Shown: positions 27,177 through 38,968 of the stretch, piece by piece
Layout of the letters: each line of letters starts with the position of its first letter
Position numbering within the stretch: position 1 is the first letter of the stretch
Source of the DNA: Octopus vulgaris
Taxonomy: Eukaryota
Direction: 5' to 3'
Assembly: GCA_951406725.2 (NCBI GenBank)
Contig: OX597815.1
Coordinates: 104,222,001 to 104,286,000 of the forward strand
DNA: 64,000 bases
The notes under the pieces: model-generated
Told to the model about the DNA's origin: nothing
The model's database searches: none
What the model saw: only the letters and a program-made list of their open reading frames with translations
Position numbers and translations under genes: made by a program

Positions 27177-27939
27177 ATAGCACAACAATAGCCCACAGCC
27201 GATGGTAATTAGTTAAAATATCTTGGCTTATTACAGCAACTATATTGGGGGGGTTTTTTCTATGTGGTGGAAAATTGATGGTTAGTATGCAAGACAGAAG
27301 TTAGTATATAGCACCGACGTAGAATACTATTAATATCCAGGCGAATAACAGGATAACAGCTGGATACATTTAGCTTCAGAATCTTTCTTCTTTTATAATT
27401 TACTTGTTTCAGACACTGCATGTTAACGATGCTGAGATACCGTCTTGAAGGGTTTAGTCGAACAAATCGACTTCAGTATTTACATATTAAGCTTGGTTTT
27501 TATTTTATCGGGTCACTTTTTGCTGAACTGCTAGATTGCGAGGATGTAAACAAGCCAACACCGGTCGTGAAGTGATGGCGAAGAGACAAGCACAAACGCA
27601 CACTTATATACATACATGTGTGTGTGTTTGCGCTAGCGCGCGTGTGCGTGTGTTTGTTTGCGATTGTCCTTTCACTTTCGCTTCACAAACAAATGGCTTT
27701 CCGTGGGTTACGACAACGAGGTTTCCAGTTCGTGCAAGTGTATGGGCATTCCACATACATGAGTTCCCTTAATGTAGTTCTCAGGGAGATTCAGCGTGAC
27801 AAAGAATCTGACAAGGCCGGCCTTTTGAAATACAAATACTACATATTTTTGCCAGCTGAGTGGCATACATACATACATACATACATACATACATACATAC
27901 ATACATACATACATACATACATACATACATACATACATA

Positions 27940-28100
27940 GGCGCAGATGTGGCTGTGTGGTAAGAAGCTTGCTTCTCAATTACATAGTTCCGGGTTCAGT
28001 CCTACTGCGTGACACCTTGGACAAGTGTCTTCTACTATAGCCTCGGGCCGACCAAAGCTTTGTGAGTGGATTTGGTAGACGGAAACTGAAGGAAGGCCGT

Positions 28101-28185
<85 letters not shown>

Positions 28186-28358
28186 ACCATCGCTTGACAA
28201 CCAAGCTGGTGTGCTTACGTCCCTGTAACTTAACAGCTCGGTAAAAGAAACCGATAGAATAAATCCTGAGGTCGATTTCTTCGACAAAAAATCTTTAAGG
28301 TGGTATTCCAGCATGGCCACAGTCAGATGACTGAAACAAGTAAAAGAATAAAAGAAAA
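27940..28358 (+). mobile_element. SINE family A, full length with expanded internal (TG)n
   Basis: Head GGCGCAGATGTGGCTGTGTGG through tail GAAACAAGTAAAAGA. Confidence 0.9.
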
Positions 28359-28384
28359 TACACACACACACATATGTATGTATG

Positions 28385-28418
<34 letters not shown>

Positions 28419-28639
28419 TGTATGTATGTATGTATGTATGTATGTATGTATGTATGTATGTGTGTATGTATGCATGTGTGTATGTATGTATCTTCTATTT
28501 TTTTTATTGTTATCATAAATCTTCCACTGAATAGGGAGCTGGTTTCTAACAAAGATACAAAGCTTTATCTTTGAAATGTAGTTAACAGACAAATTTACAT
28601 TTGGAACTTGAGAAAGTCTTGCATATTTTAACTGTTCCA

Positions 28640-29930
28640 CTCACAGATTGCACATGTAATATACGAATCGGCAGGTGAATTTCTCTTTCTGAATGTCCCA
28701 GTTTATCCATATTCTCCTTTATGCATTTACTAACAAAACCTAGTGCTCCAACTATTATTGAAATGACTGTGAATTCATAGTCAGGATATAGAAGCTGGAG
28801 GTTTCGAAGCAGTTGTCCATAGATATCCTATTTTTCTCTGATTTTCAAAGAGATATTTATATCTACAGGGCAGCTGACCTCTATGACGGTACATACATGT
28901 GCCCTTCTGTTCCAAACAACAATATTCAGCCTGTTATGTTTACACTTAACAAACGTTTTGATGGGAATACTCCACCAGTATTCCTTGAGTTGGTGTTTAT
29001 GAATGTATTCCATAATAGAGGGATTTTCTAAATGTGTTTCAGGACAGTCTCTTTTGTGGATGGCATTGTAAATTGCTGTAGCAACAACATCGTGCTGCAT
29101 AGGGAGATAGTACTGTGACTACATTTTAGGACAGCTGCTAATCACATGCGTGATGTCTTCCACAGAAACATGACATAGCCTGTACATGCGGTGGAACCTT
29201 GGGAGTGCAAGAGCGTCACTGTCTCTCTTGTTCACCAGGTACTTTGTGGCAATCTCTTATTCCTAGATTGCAAACGCATATCGTTCAAAGTGTGATATGA
29301 TGTAGTGGTCTTGTGTCCAAGAGAGGCTGCGCTTCGTGTCAATTCTACTGTTTTCTTCAGGCTTCCGGGTAACATAACCATGCATAATCTTTTTTTCTTT
29401 TTTTCTTTTTTTTTGTATGCTGAGTGCTTCCTATCCAGGTCATCTCTGAGGTAAGAGAGCCCAGCTCTTTTGGGGCTGTACAGGAGATCATCAGGAAGAG
29501 AGTGCTTCTTGAGGAACTCACTCCCAACTCGTATAATGTTGCTCACTTCACTTTTTGGTACTACATTTATATATTTATTTTTGCTACTGTTATTTAGCAG
29601 GTGGTGCCTGGATGAAACCATACGGTATTCGAACGCCGTCTGCACTGATCTCAGGCTTCTACCACTTTCATTTCTTCTTAAGTAGAGCCTGTCAGCATCA
29701 CTGTTTCTGTGGAAGTTCCCAGTTGTTGTCAGGATTTTGCTTCCTCTACAGACCAATCAAGTATCCCAATGTTGGAATCAGCACTGGCACTGCAAATGCA
29801 TTGTGAGTTATTGTTTTGTTGTAAGAGGAGAGTTCCGACTACCATACTTTCCTAAGTCTGGTATAATATTCTCGGGTCACTCTATCTTTATTCACAGTGA
29901 CTTCACGTGATACATTTTCATCTATGCATA
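28640..29930 (-). mobile_element. Decayed RLE-type non-LTR retrotransposon, same family as 520-2300
   Basis: ADRLYLRRNESGRSL; knuckle YRLCHVSVEDITHVISSC; HDVVATAIY; RLNIVVWNRRAHVCTVIEVSCP. Confidence 0.82.
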
Positions 29931-30349
29931 GGTACTCGTGTGGAAATAGTGGAGATAGAGAGCCCGTTGATGCACATGTTTTGGATTTGGGGGCCTGACT
30001 TACCTCGTTCGATAACCAGATATGAACATGTATGTATGTATGTATGTATGTATGTATGTATGTATGTATGTATGTATGTATGTATGTATGTATTATATTT
30101 ATCCACTCGGTCATAATTGTTTTAAGTGGAGGGGATTTGTCGACCATATTGATCAAATAATTCTGAAAGGACAGAAAGCCAAATTGGCCTCGGCGACACT
30201 TTTTGAGTACGTATTTTCCTTCTTTTCTTTGACGCTTTAACAATACTACCAGCTTGCCACCTTCGATCAATAGGTTATAATGTCACCAGACTTGAGAGTT
30301 GTTTTTATAACTTCTAGTACCTTTATTTATCATGATCATGCGTCAATTC

Positions 30350-30381
<32 letters not shown>

Positions 30382-31004
30382 TACAGATATTCTGAGTGGC
30401 AAAGAAGTCAGATAATCTTCAAAGGAGCAGGTTCCGCAGGGAGAATTTCAGTTAGAGTTTTCTCCCCTGCATTTCATTTATTTAGCCAACATTCTCTTCG
30501 TTATTTTTTTAAAAACTTGTCAAAATACCTTCGGTTACAGCCCTCACTTAACTAATAGTATTCAGAAGAAAAGTATATGAATCAGCTGCATTTCTTGCAA
30601 CATGCAAATCTAAAGCCTTATTCATAAGTAAGAAATGAATATATACATATTGGCAAGGCTAAGGAGGAAGCTTGACTATGTTGCAAGATGTTTGTTTCCC
30701 AATCACATTGGTTGTCCCCACACGAGGCATCTTCGGCAAGTATCTTCTAAACCTTGTGAGTGGATTCGGTAGACGGAAAATGAAAGAAGCCCGTCGCTCT
30801 AGAACAAATACCGAGGTTTTTAAAAAATAAGTACTGGCGTCGATTAGTTCGACTAAAGACCCATTCAAGGTGGTGCCTCAGCATAGTCACTGACCACTGA
30901 CTTGAACAAGTGAAAAACAAAATATATACATCCACCTACCTACTATGTGACCATACATGTGTTTTTCTTGGACTTTTTCTTTCTCCGGACCTTTCCTTTC
31001 CCCT

Positions 31005-31040
31005 CTTTCTGACGAAGAGCCACACTCGAAACGTTATACA
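31005..31040 (+). ncRNA. Decayed minimal hammerhead motif (family of 34331)
   Basis: CTGACGA A GAG-CCACA-CTC GAAA CG TT; core intact but stem I mismatched. Confidence 0.5.
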
Positions 31041-31141
31041 CCATCTTATACTGAGTGCCAACCTAATACATTCCATGTGTACATCCTTTTGACTTTTGTT
31101 GTGTTATTTTTTCGATTTCCTCTCTCTCCCTATATATATAT

Positions 31142-33570
31142 AAACTTAGATAAACTTAGATATATTTTGACCAAAGATTGGTCCAGGCCATGTCTAACTT
31201 AATAGCACCACCTGATAGGATTATTCGAATCCTGTTTAAGTCAAGTTTTGTTTAAGTCAAGTTTTGTTCAAGTAGTGAGTTCTTGTTGGGTGAATTGTAT
31301 CCAGTTTTGTTCAAGTAGTGAGTTCTTGTTGGGTGAGTTGTATCCAATTATGGGTGGCTTATCTGGTATTCTTTGAAGGAATCTATCCAGACTCTGTTTA
31401 AAGTTGATGGGATCCTTTTCCTCTTTGATCTCCCTCGGGACATTGTTAAATAGGACAGGGCCTGTTGAGGAAAAGAAATTATGTTGCAGTGTACATGTAT
31501 GTTGTGATCTTGAATTGGGCAGGGGACGTATAGCCCGTGGTCCAAGTCTTGGATGAACCTTGAAGCTAATGTTTAGGTCGTTTGGGCAAAGTTGGCGGTA
31601 TATTTTCCACATCGTACAAATGATGTACCGCTCACGGCGACGCTGGAGGGAGTAAAGTTTCAAGGCTTTAAGGCGATCCCAATAATCGAGAGCAGCCATG
31701 CCTTCAATTCGTTTAGTGAGTGCCCTCTGGGGTGACTCAATTCTAGAGATGTTTTGTCTTGTGTGAGGAGACCACAGTGGGCAGCAGTATTCAAGGTGTG
31801 GCCGTACAAAGGAGGAAAAAAGTGGTATGATGACACCTTGTTCTCTGGACCGGAAAGTTCTTAAGATCCAGGAACTCATCCTACGAGCTATATCGACCTT
31901 CTTGTTGATGTGTGCACTCCAACTGAGATCGTCATCAACAATTACACCCAGGTCTCTGATATTGTTAGAGGCTGTGAGCGGTTCCCCTGAAGGAAGAGAG
32001 TATGGTTGTTTTAGTGAGGAATTTCTTCCAGAATGCATCAGCTCAAATTTTCCCTCATTCAGTTGCATTTTGTTTCTGTCTGCCCATTGACTCACAGCAT
32101 ATAGATCAGACTGGAGTTGAGTTCGGTCTGCTTCTTCATTGACGATTTGCTGGAGCTTAGTGTCATCAGCAAATATTTTCACTTTGCAGTAATGTACGAC
32201 ACTGGAAAGGTCGTTTATGTAAATTATGAAGAGTAGCGGACCCAAAACAGTTCCCTGGGGAACACCGCTGGTGACTTTTGCCGGGTTTGAGTGGACTCCA
32301 TCAACTACAACATGTTGTGTTTTATTCGCCAGGAAATACTTAATCCAGTGTAGAACTTTTCCACGGATTCCAACATTTGCCAATTTTGAGAGTAGGATAT
32401 TATGGTCTACCCTGTCGAACGCTTTACTGAAGTCAAGATATATGACGTCAGAGTTCGAACCTGTTCCCAAGGCTTTGAGTACATCTTCAATGTGGTGTAA
32501 GAGCTGTGTTAGACAGTCCCTGCCACAGCGAAAGCCATGCTGATTTGCATTTAGGAGTTTGTGGGTCTCCAGGAAGTCAGCTATCCTTGATCTTAACACT
32601 CTTTCAAACACTTTAATGATGTGGGAGGTGAGTGAGATTGGGCGATAGTTGACTGCGAGGGATCTGTTTCCCTGTTTGAAAACCGGGATGACCGACTGGG
32701 ATAGAAACTGTTTCGGTATATAACCTGCGTCTAACGAATTTCTCCAGAGGTTGGTCAGAGGGACTGCAAGTTGGTATCTACATTCCTTCAGGAGACTAGC
32801 GGGAAATCTATCAGGGCCTACAGCAGAGTAATGTTTGACCTCATTTATTGCTGCTACGATGTCAGTGGCAGTGAAGGTTATGTCTGAGATTTTGTGTTGG
32901 GAGTCAACTTCGTTCGTTTCCCTTACGTCAATATCAGTGGGAACACTAAAGACAGAGCAGTATTGTTTCTGCAGTATTTCTGCCATTTCTTTAGCATCGT
33001 GTTGGGGAATGCCGTTATCATCAATCAATGGCCCAATGGGTGAAACAGTGGTTCTATGCTTATTTGCATAAGAATATAACACTTTTGGGTTCTGTTTGAT
33101 GTTTTTGATTACCCATTGTTCCTCCACAGCTCTTTGATTTTCAATGGAGGTTTTGATGTTGGTCTGCAGATGAAGTTTTTCCAGCTCTAGTCTTTTCATT
33201 GTTGTTGAATGTGGATGTTGTGTGTGGGAATATTTTAATTGGTTGATTTTTTTGTTGAGTCTTTTGATGCGCCTGATGAGTGTTTTTTTCTTTTTAGGGA
33301 GCCGGTTTCTGTTTGTGTTAGTAGATTTCTTGGAAGCGTGTTTAGAGCATGTATAGGTGACAATGTTTTCAAAGTGCTGCCACGCGGTCTCAATATGAGG
33401 GGAATTAAGAGTAAAAGACCAGTCGATGGAAGACAGATCCTTTCTGATTGTTCCCCAGTCCGCTTTGTGGAAGTTTATGTTGTCAAATGGGTGCCATGGA
33501 GTTTGATTGGCTGGATTGGTTTTTATATGTCGGGAATTAAGATTGCAGAGTACCATGTCGTGGTCTGAGA

Positions 33571-33572
<2 letters not shown>
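31142..33572 (-). mobile_element. CR1/L2-group LINE, 5'-truncated, recent
   Basis: Begins at the end of the APE domain (LSDHDMV); 3' tail (TCTAAGTTTA)2; (TA)n on both flanks. Confidence 0.92.
31268..33556 (-). CDS. LINE ORF2 (reverse transcriptase), N-terminally truncated
   Basis: 762 aa without stops; motifs NYRPISLTS, YLDFSKAFD, GVPQGTVLGPLLF, FADD, RPHLEY, LQRRR. Confidence 0.93.
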   Translation of the reverse strand: MVLCNLNSRHIKTNPANQTPWHPFDNINFHKADWGTIRKDLSSIDWSFTLNSPHIETAWQHFENIVTYTCSKHASKKSTNTNRNRLPKKKKTLIRRIKRLNKKINQLKYSHTQHPHSTTMKRLELEKLHLQTNIKTSIENQRAVEEQWVIKNIKQNPKVLYSYANKHRTTVSPIGPLIDDNGIPQHDAKEMAEILQKQYCSVFSVPTDIDVRETNEVDSQHKISDITFTATDIVAAINEVKHYSAVGPDRFPASLLKECRYQLAVPLTNLWRNSLDAGYIPKQFLSQSVIPVFKQGNRSLAVNYRPISLTSHIIKVFERVLRSRIADFLETHKLLNANQHGFRCGRDCLTQLLHHIEDVLKALGTGSNSDVIYLDFSKAFDRVDHNILLSKLANVGIRGKVLHWIKYFLANKTQHVVVDGVHSNPAKVTSGVPQGTVLGPLLFIIYINDLSSVVHYCKVKIFADDTKLQQIVNEEADRTQLQSDLYAVSQWADRNKMQLNEGKFELMHSGRNSSLKQPYSLPSGEPLTASNNIRDLGVIVDDDLSWSAHINKKVDIARRMSSWILRTFRSREQGVIIPLFSSFVRPHLEYCCPLWSPHTRQNISRIESPQRALTKRIEGMAALDYWDRLKALKLYSLQRRRERYIICTMWKIYRQLCPNDLNISFKVHPRLGPRAIRPLPNSRSQHTCTLQHNFFSSTGPVLFNNVPREIKEEKDPINFKQSLDRFLQRIPDKPPIIGYNSPNKNSLLEQNWIQFTQQELTT

Positions 33573-33655
<83 letters not shown>

Positions 33656-33656
<1 letters not shown>

Positions 33657-34084
33657 GTGCTACATTGGTATGCGATCTACGTATTATCAAACTGCTTTAG
33701 TATGCGATCTACACTTGATATTGTGATCTACAAGAAAAGTTATACTTATTAAATATAAATGTATTAACGAAAGAATTTGTAAACTTGTTTCAAATTTGCA
33801 TCATTCTAATTTCTTTTAAATAATAAATGTATGAAATGTATAAGAATTTTAATTATTTATTTATTACTTTTCTGGCTGATGTTTGTTCGATTCGCCCATA
33901 ATATTAGTAAACTTGTTTCAAATCTGCTTCATTTTAATTTTTTTTTAAATAAATTTATAAAGATGTAAAAAATGCCATAATAAATAAATAGTAGATTACG
34001 TTGGCTACGTAGGTCACATACCAAACAAGAATTTGACTCTTGTAAATCACGTTGGCTACGTAGATCGCACGCCAAAGTAGCACC
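33656..34084. mobile_element. MITE with 28-bp imperfect TIRs
   Basis: GGTGCTACATTGGTATGCGATCTACGTA / TACGTAGATCGCACGCCAAAGTAGCACC; subterminal GATCTAC-like repeats; AT-rich interior; TA on the right flank, TG on the left. Confidence 0.82.
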
Positions 34085-34109
34085 TATGTATATGTATACG
34101 TGTGTGTAT

Positions 34110-34201
<92 letters not shown>

Positions 34202-34224
34202 CTGTGTGTGTGTGTGTGTCTGTG

Positions 34225-34256
<32 letters not shown>

Positions 34257-34330
34257 TGTGTAACTACAGGTAGATTGCTGGCGATTTTTTCCTCAATCTC
34301 TCTTTTTCTCTTGGACTCTCTTCTGTCTCC

Positions 34331-34367
34331 TGTTTCTGAAGAAGAGCTTTGCTCGAAATGTAAAACA
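34331..34367 (+). ncRNA. Minimal type-I hammerhead ribozyme motif (Penelope-like/retrozyme type)
   Basis: TGTTT CTGAAGA A GAGC-TTT-GCTC GAAA TG TA AAACA: canonical CUGANGA and GAAA core, stems I and II paired, vestigial stem III. Confidence 0.72.
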
Positions 34368-34495
34368 CCTTTTCTTTCCTTCCCTGGACGTCTTTTAATA
34401 CTTTGCACGTACCACGTCCTCACGTTGTTGTTTTTTTTCTTGTGTTTTTCTTCCTTTTTGGGGGAGGGGGGATTATATGTATGTATATATATATA

Positions 34496-34860
34496 TCTCT
34501 TATTATAAAAGGCAGATTTTATCTGCCTCCCTTTGGGAGTTATACAAATCTACAATATAGGATTTCTTCAATTACAATTTACCTAGCAATTTTAAGAGTA
34601 CAATGCATCGCGTCATGCCAGGTCCAGTTTTTAAAATTTAAACTCCAATTAAGCAAAATTTACAGAAAACTCACATTCTGGTGTGTGTGTCAAATGCTTT
34701 TCTTAGTCTGGTTTACACCACACGCAAACGCACACACACAGTGGGCAGCGAATAAAATGAAAGTAATTTACTTACTGTAGTGAGTGATTCTTTCACTCTG
34801 CCTCCCACTTCCTCTTTCAACACAGACACGCAAATATATAAATAAAATTGTAAGCTAACG
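34496..34860 (+). mobile_element. Possible Helitron-like 5' segment
   Basis: Starts A|TCTCTTATTATAAAAG, similar to the start at 36244, with hairpin GGCAGA-TTTTA-TCTGCC; no matching 3' end identified. Confidence 0.35.
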
Positions 34861-34873
34861 TGCGTGTGTGTGA

Positions 34874-34910
<37 letters not shown>

Positions 34911-35000
34911 TGAGGGTGCGCGCGCGCGTGTGTGTGTGTGTGTGCGTGTGCGTGAGTGTGTGACAGGAAAGTTTTTTACGACGAATATAAGTAGCAGAAA

Positions 35001-35469
35001 GATAAGACAGTAAGGTGTGATTTGAGGGAGATTTGGCTGCTATTTCTACCATGTCTAGCTGCCATGTAGGGGTCTCCCTCATAGGCTCATACATACATAT
35101 ATACATAGATAAGACAGTAAGGTGTGATTTGGGGGAAATTTGGCTGCTATTTCTACCAGGTCTAGCTGCCATGTAGGGGTCTCCCTCATAGGCTCATACA
35201 TACATATATACATAGATAAGACAGTAAGGTGTGATTTGGGGGAAATTTGGCTGCTATTTCTACCAGGTCTAGCTGCCATGTAGGGGTCTCCCTCATAGGC
35301 TCATACATACATATATACATAGATAAGACAGTAAGGTGTGATTTGGGGGAAATTTGGCTGCTATTTCTACCAGGTCTAGCTACCATGTAGAGGTCCCCCT
35401 CATTATATACATACATAAGACAGTAAGGTGTGATTTGAGGGAGATTTGGCTGCTGTTTCTACCAGGTCT
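35001..35469. repeat. 107-bp tandem repeat, about 4.5 copies
   Basis: GATAAGACAGTAAGG recurs at 35001, 35108, 35215, 35322 and about 35415. Confidence 0.95.
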
Positions 35470-35810
35470 GTTAGGCCTTCTCATGTAAACTCAAGCTTTC
35501 TTATGCCTTGAACATAAGACCAAAGCAGAGAATGTATTCTTTTATTCTTCTGCTTTTTCCAGCCATTGGTCTGTGGCCATGCTGGGGCAATGCCTTGAAG
35601 AATTGTAGTTTAATGAATCAACTCCAGTTTTATTTTTGTAAGCATTGTACTTATTCTATCTGTTTCCTTTGTCAAACCACTAGGTGACAGGGATGTAAAC
35701 AAACCAACATTCGTTGTCAAGCAGTGGTGGAGGACAATCACAAGCACAGACACGCACACACACACACATACATGCATACATACATATATATATATGTGTG
35801 TATATATATA

Positions 35811-36069
35811 TTGCAGTGTGGAAGGTGTTTGTAAGCCATTTAAGAAACACACAAAAACCGTTACATTCACTTCAACATTTAAATTTCATTTGCCAAAATA
35901 TTTTCGTCGCTTTGAGACCGCGACCTGTTCACTGACAAAAATATCGTGCTAACAGGTCGCAGTCTCAAAGCGACGAAAATATTTTGATAAATTAAATTTA
36001 AATGTTGAAGTGAATCTAACGGTTTTTGTGTGTTTCTTAAATGGCTTATAAACACCTTCAACGCTGCAA
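35811..36069. repeat. Near-perfect foldback (119-bp arms, 21-nt loop), probably inverted Penelope-like terminal repeats
   Basis: 35811-35929 is the reverse complement of 35951-36069 with a few mismatches. Confidence 0.9.
35889..35939 (-). ncRNA. Variant minimal hammerhead motif with G3-C8 core
   Basis: Minus strand TTTGTCA GTGAACA G GTCGC-9nt-GCGAC GAAA ATAT TT TGGCAAA. Confidence 0.55.
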
Positions 36070-36142
36070 CTGTTTTCGTTCCAGCACACGATCTCAGATC
36101 AAGTCACTTGCTATGCAAGTACATCTCTGTAACTATTTATAC

Positions 36143-36180
<38 letters not shown>

Positions 36181-36243
36181 TGTTAAAAACAGTAAGATAA
36201 CAAAAGAAAGAAAGAGACCTCAATATTATGTAAATAGAGGAAA

Positions 36244-36638
36244 TCTTTATATATAAAAGTGAGGTTGTGTGTCTGTCTCCTACGATTTAGATTCCTAACT
36301 ACTCCCACATTTTGCGGTGCAGTTTAACCAAAACCGGGTATCTTATAGTCGTGATTCATATCGAGACCGTCTGGGTATTAGCGCGCGTCTACGATGAGTC
36401 TACGATTTAAAAAAAAAATTACCATCAATTTTTCCCATTTTTAATCCATTTTTGACATATATAAGGGAAGTAACTCTCTAAAATTTATTATTAAATCTCA
36501 GAACGTAAAAAGCTACAGTAACACCCCTCCCCCTTTGTGGTTAGCCATATTGAGATGGCTATTATACTTTACATCTCTAAAAATGCTTATATAATTATTT
36601 CCCTTACAAACCCGAGCAACGCCGGGCGATACTAGTTA

Positions 36639-36639
<1 letters not shown>
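36244..36639 (+). mobile_element. Non-autonomous Helitron-like element
   Basis: A|TC start, subterminal hairpin CCCGAGCAACGCCGGG, CTAG/TTAG|T end, no TSD. Confidence 0.75.
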
Positions 36640-36723
<84 letters not shown>

Positions 36724-37094
36724 ATTACGGATTTAAAGCAGCTCTGGTAATGTAAGCATTATCGATCGCACATACACAAATGTATTTTGTTTATTCGCCG
36801 TATTTGCTGCAGGATATCGTTTAAGGAAAACTCCCTAATAACGCTTGGTGTTAAAACTCCTGAAAGTCATAGATCAGGCGAGTTGTCGCGCCTCGGATCG
36901 AACCAAGAGTGGTGATACCAATATTTCATCATTACTGTGGCTTATCAACACTACGCATTTGGCTCGAACTGAAGGCAAATTGAATACCTGATCTATGAAT
37001 GCCTGTTTTTAATTCGTAATTTACTTTACTCCACATGTACATCGTTGTAGCACATCAAATAGTTCTTACATGATTTCCATATATTCGTACTCCA

Positions 37095-37605
37095 GCTATT
37101 GGACGGCATATGGAAGTTGAACAATTGGAAAAGCAACTTCATTTATTTTCTAACGAAACGCAAAGTATACAAGTCCCTGATGACTTCGACCCTTTCGTAT
37201 GTAGGCGAGAGCTGGCCTCTTACAGCTGATATGGAAGAATCCAGACATTTGAGCACAAGTGCTTTAGGAGGCTGTTACACAAACCGTTCACGGAACAAAA
37301 AAGAAAAATCTTTGACAGATAGCAAGTCAACAAATTCGCTAGCGGACAGAACCACTCCTTGCACAGGTAAAAATATGAAAGCTTACCTGATATGGTCACA
37401 TATCCCACCACAACTCCCTGTCCAAAACCATCCTTCAGGGCACAGCTGAGGGAGAGAAAAAGAGGGCAGACCGAGAAAGTCCTGATCTGACATCAAGAAC
37501 TGGACAGGTCATAACACCGTTTCCCTGCTACGCATGACAGAAAACAGAGACCAGCGGTGATGACTGAGTAACATCCAAAGATTGGTTGCACCAGTTAAGG
37601 GAACT

Positions 37606-37650
<45 letters not shown>
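37095..37650 (+). mobile_element. Decayed RTE-clade LINE 3' end
   Basis: KVYKSLMTSTLSYVGESW and SKTILQG...RGRPRKS-like remnants, then a (GAT)n tract. Confidence 0.65.
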
Positions 37651-37652
<2 letters not shown>

Positions 37653-38116
37653 GACACTTTGATTGGCTTGGGGCAAGAGAACAGCTGCGGGTACGTGCAT
37701 CTGCCCAACAGAAGTCATCAGCACAAATGTTCTACCTTGACCCCAGCAGATGCAAGAGCTAGATATATGTAAAAAGTGTTGAACACATTTGTGTTCTACG
37801 CAGTTTTCAAAATTTAAATCAAACTGTCTAAATTTCATGTCAGCTACAGAAGTCAATAGAAAACAAATGCCGCCCTAATGTCATCAATTAAAGCAAAAAC
37901 ACGCGTTCGCAGCTGTCCTCTTTTCTCCAAATAATTATACTCTCTTTTCTTTAACGACAATTCAGAAGAATTGTTGATTCTTGAGATTATCTCTCCTCTT
38001 CAGTCAGAGTTGGTTGTAATTGCCATGAAGCATTTGTTTACTTTTCTCTCGAATGCAAAACTTATCTCGTATGCTATTTAATATAACATTTTTTATTCAT
38101 TTCTTTTCTTGTGTGT

Positions 38117-38156
<40 letters not shown>

Positions 38157-38968
38157 TTATGTGTGTGTTCTTGTGTGCATGTGTGTGTGGAGGAGGTGTT
38201 TTTCAGTTAATGATACAGTCAATTTCTTTATTAACCATGGGGTTGAGAAAAAGAGGAGACGATACGAGGACAGACAAAACAAACATTGGGATCAGGGTAT
38301 CGAATGAGACGAAACATATGAATAAACAAACAATTAAAATATATACAATTAAATGAGAATGAGTGATTTACAAAAAATGAAGCGGAGGACGTGGTTGACC
38401 CCACAAACCACAAACTCTCACTGAAGATTTTGCTTTCTCTTTTTTATTTTCTCATTTAGACAGGTTCTTTCACTCGCAACATACTTGCTATAGACTTCCA
38501 TCTTTTACGAAACACTTTGCGACAGGCATTTCTTCTCCAGCCTTATTTTCCGTTTCATGTGGAAAACGAAAAAGTCGATTAGCTCGAGACTGGAGATAAA
38601 CATGCCTGTTGCAATTCCTTTCGCTCTCGTCTTCCATACTAACCCTTTCGCAACAGCAACTACCGAGAGAAAACAGGCTCGCTCCGGATCTTAAAAGAAA
38701 AGATCCCTCGCTCCTCCCTATTCAGGGACTACGGCGAAACGATCTTAGTTACAGTCAACGGCGAGGTAACAGAATATAAAAAATATAGTATTTAGTTTCT
38801 ACCAAGTTACACTGACAGTCCCTTGTGCTTCTCAACATAAGGAATTCAGTGAACCAGTGACGGGCCCCTATGTTATTTGTAAATAACGATGACGATGATG
38901 CCACGTAAAATAAAATGAAAAAAATAAATATCAAAGCATGAAATGAGACAATCTAATGGTGAGAGTTG

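Noticed and set aside
35001-35469. CRISPR-like regular repeat
   Set aside because: Units are contiguous and near-identical with no unique spacers; eukaryotic context, no cas genes
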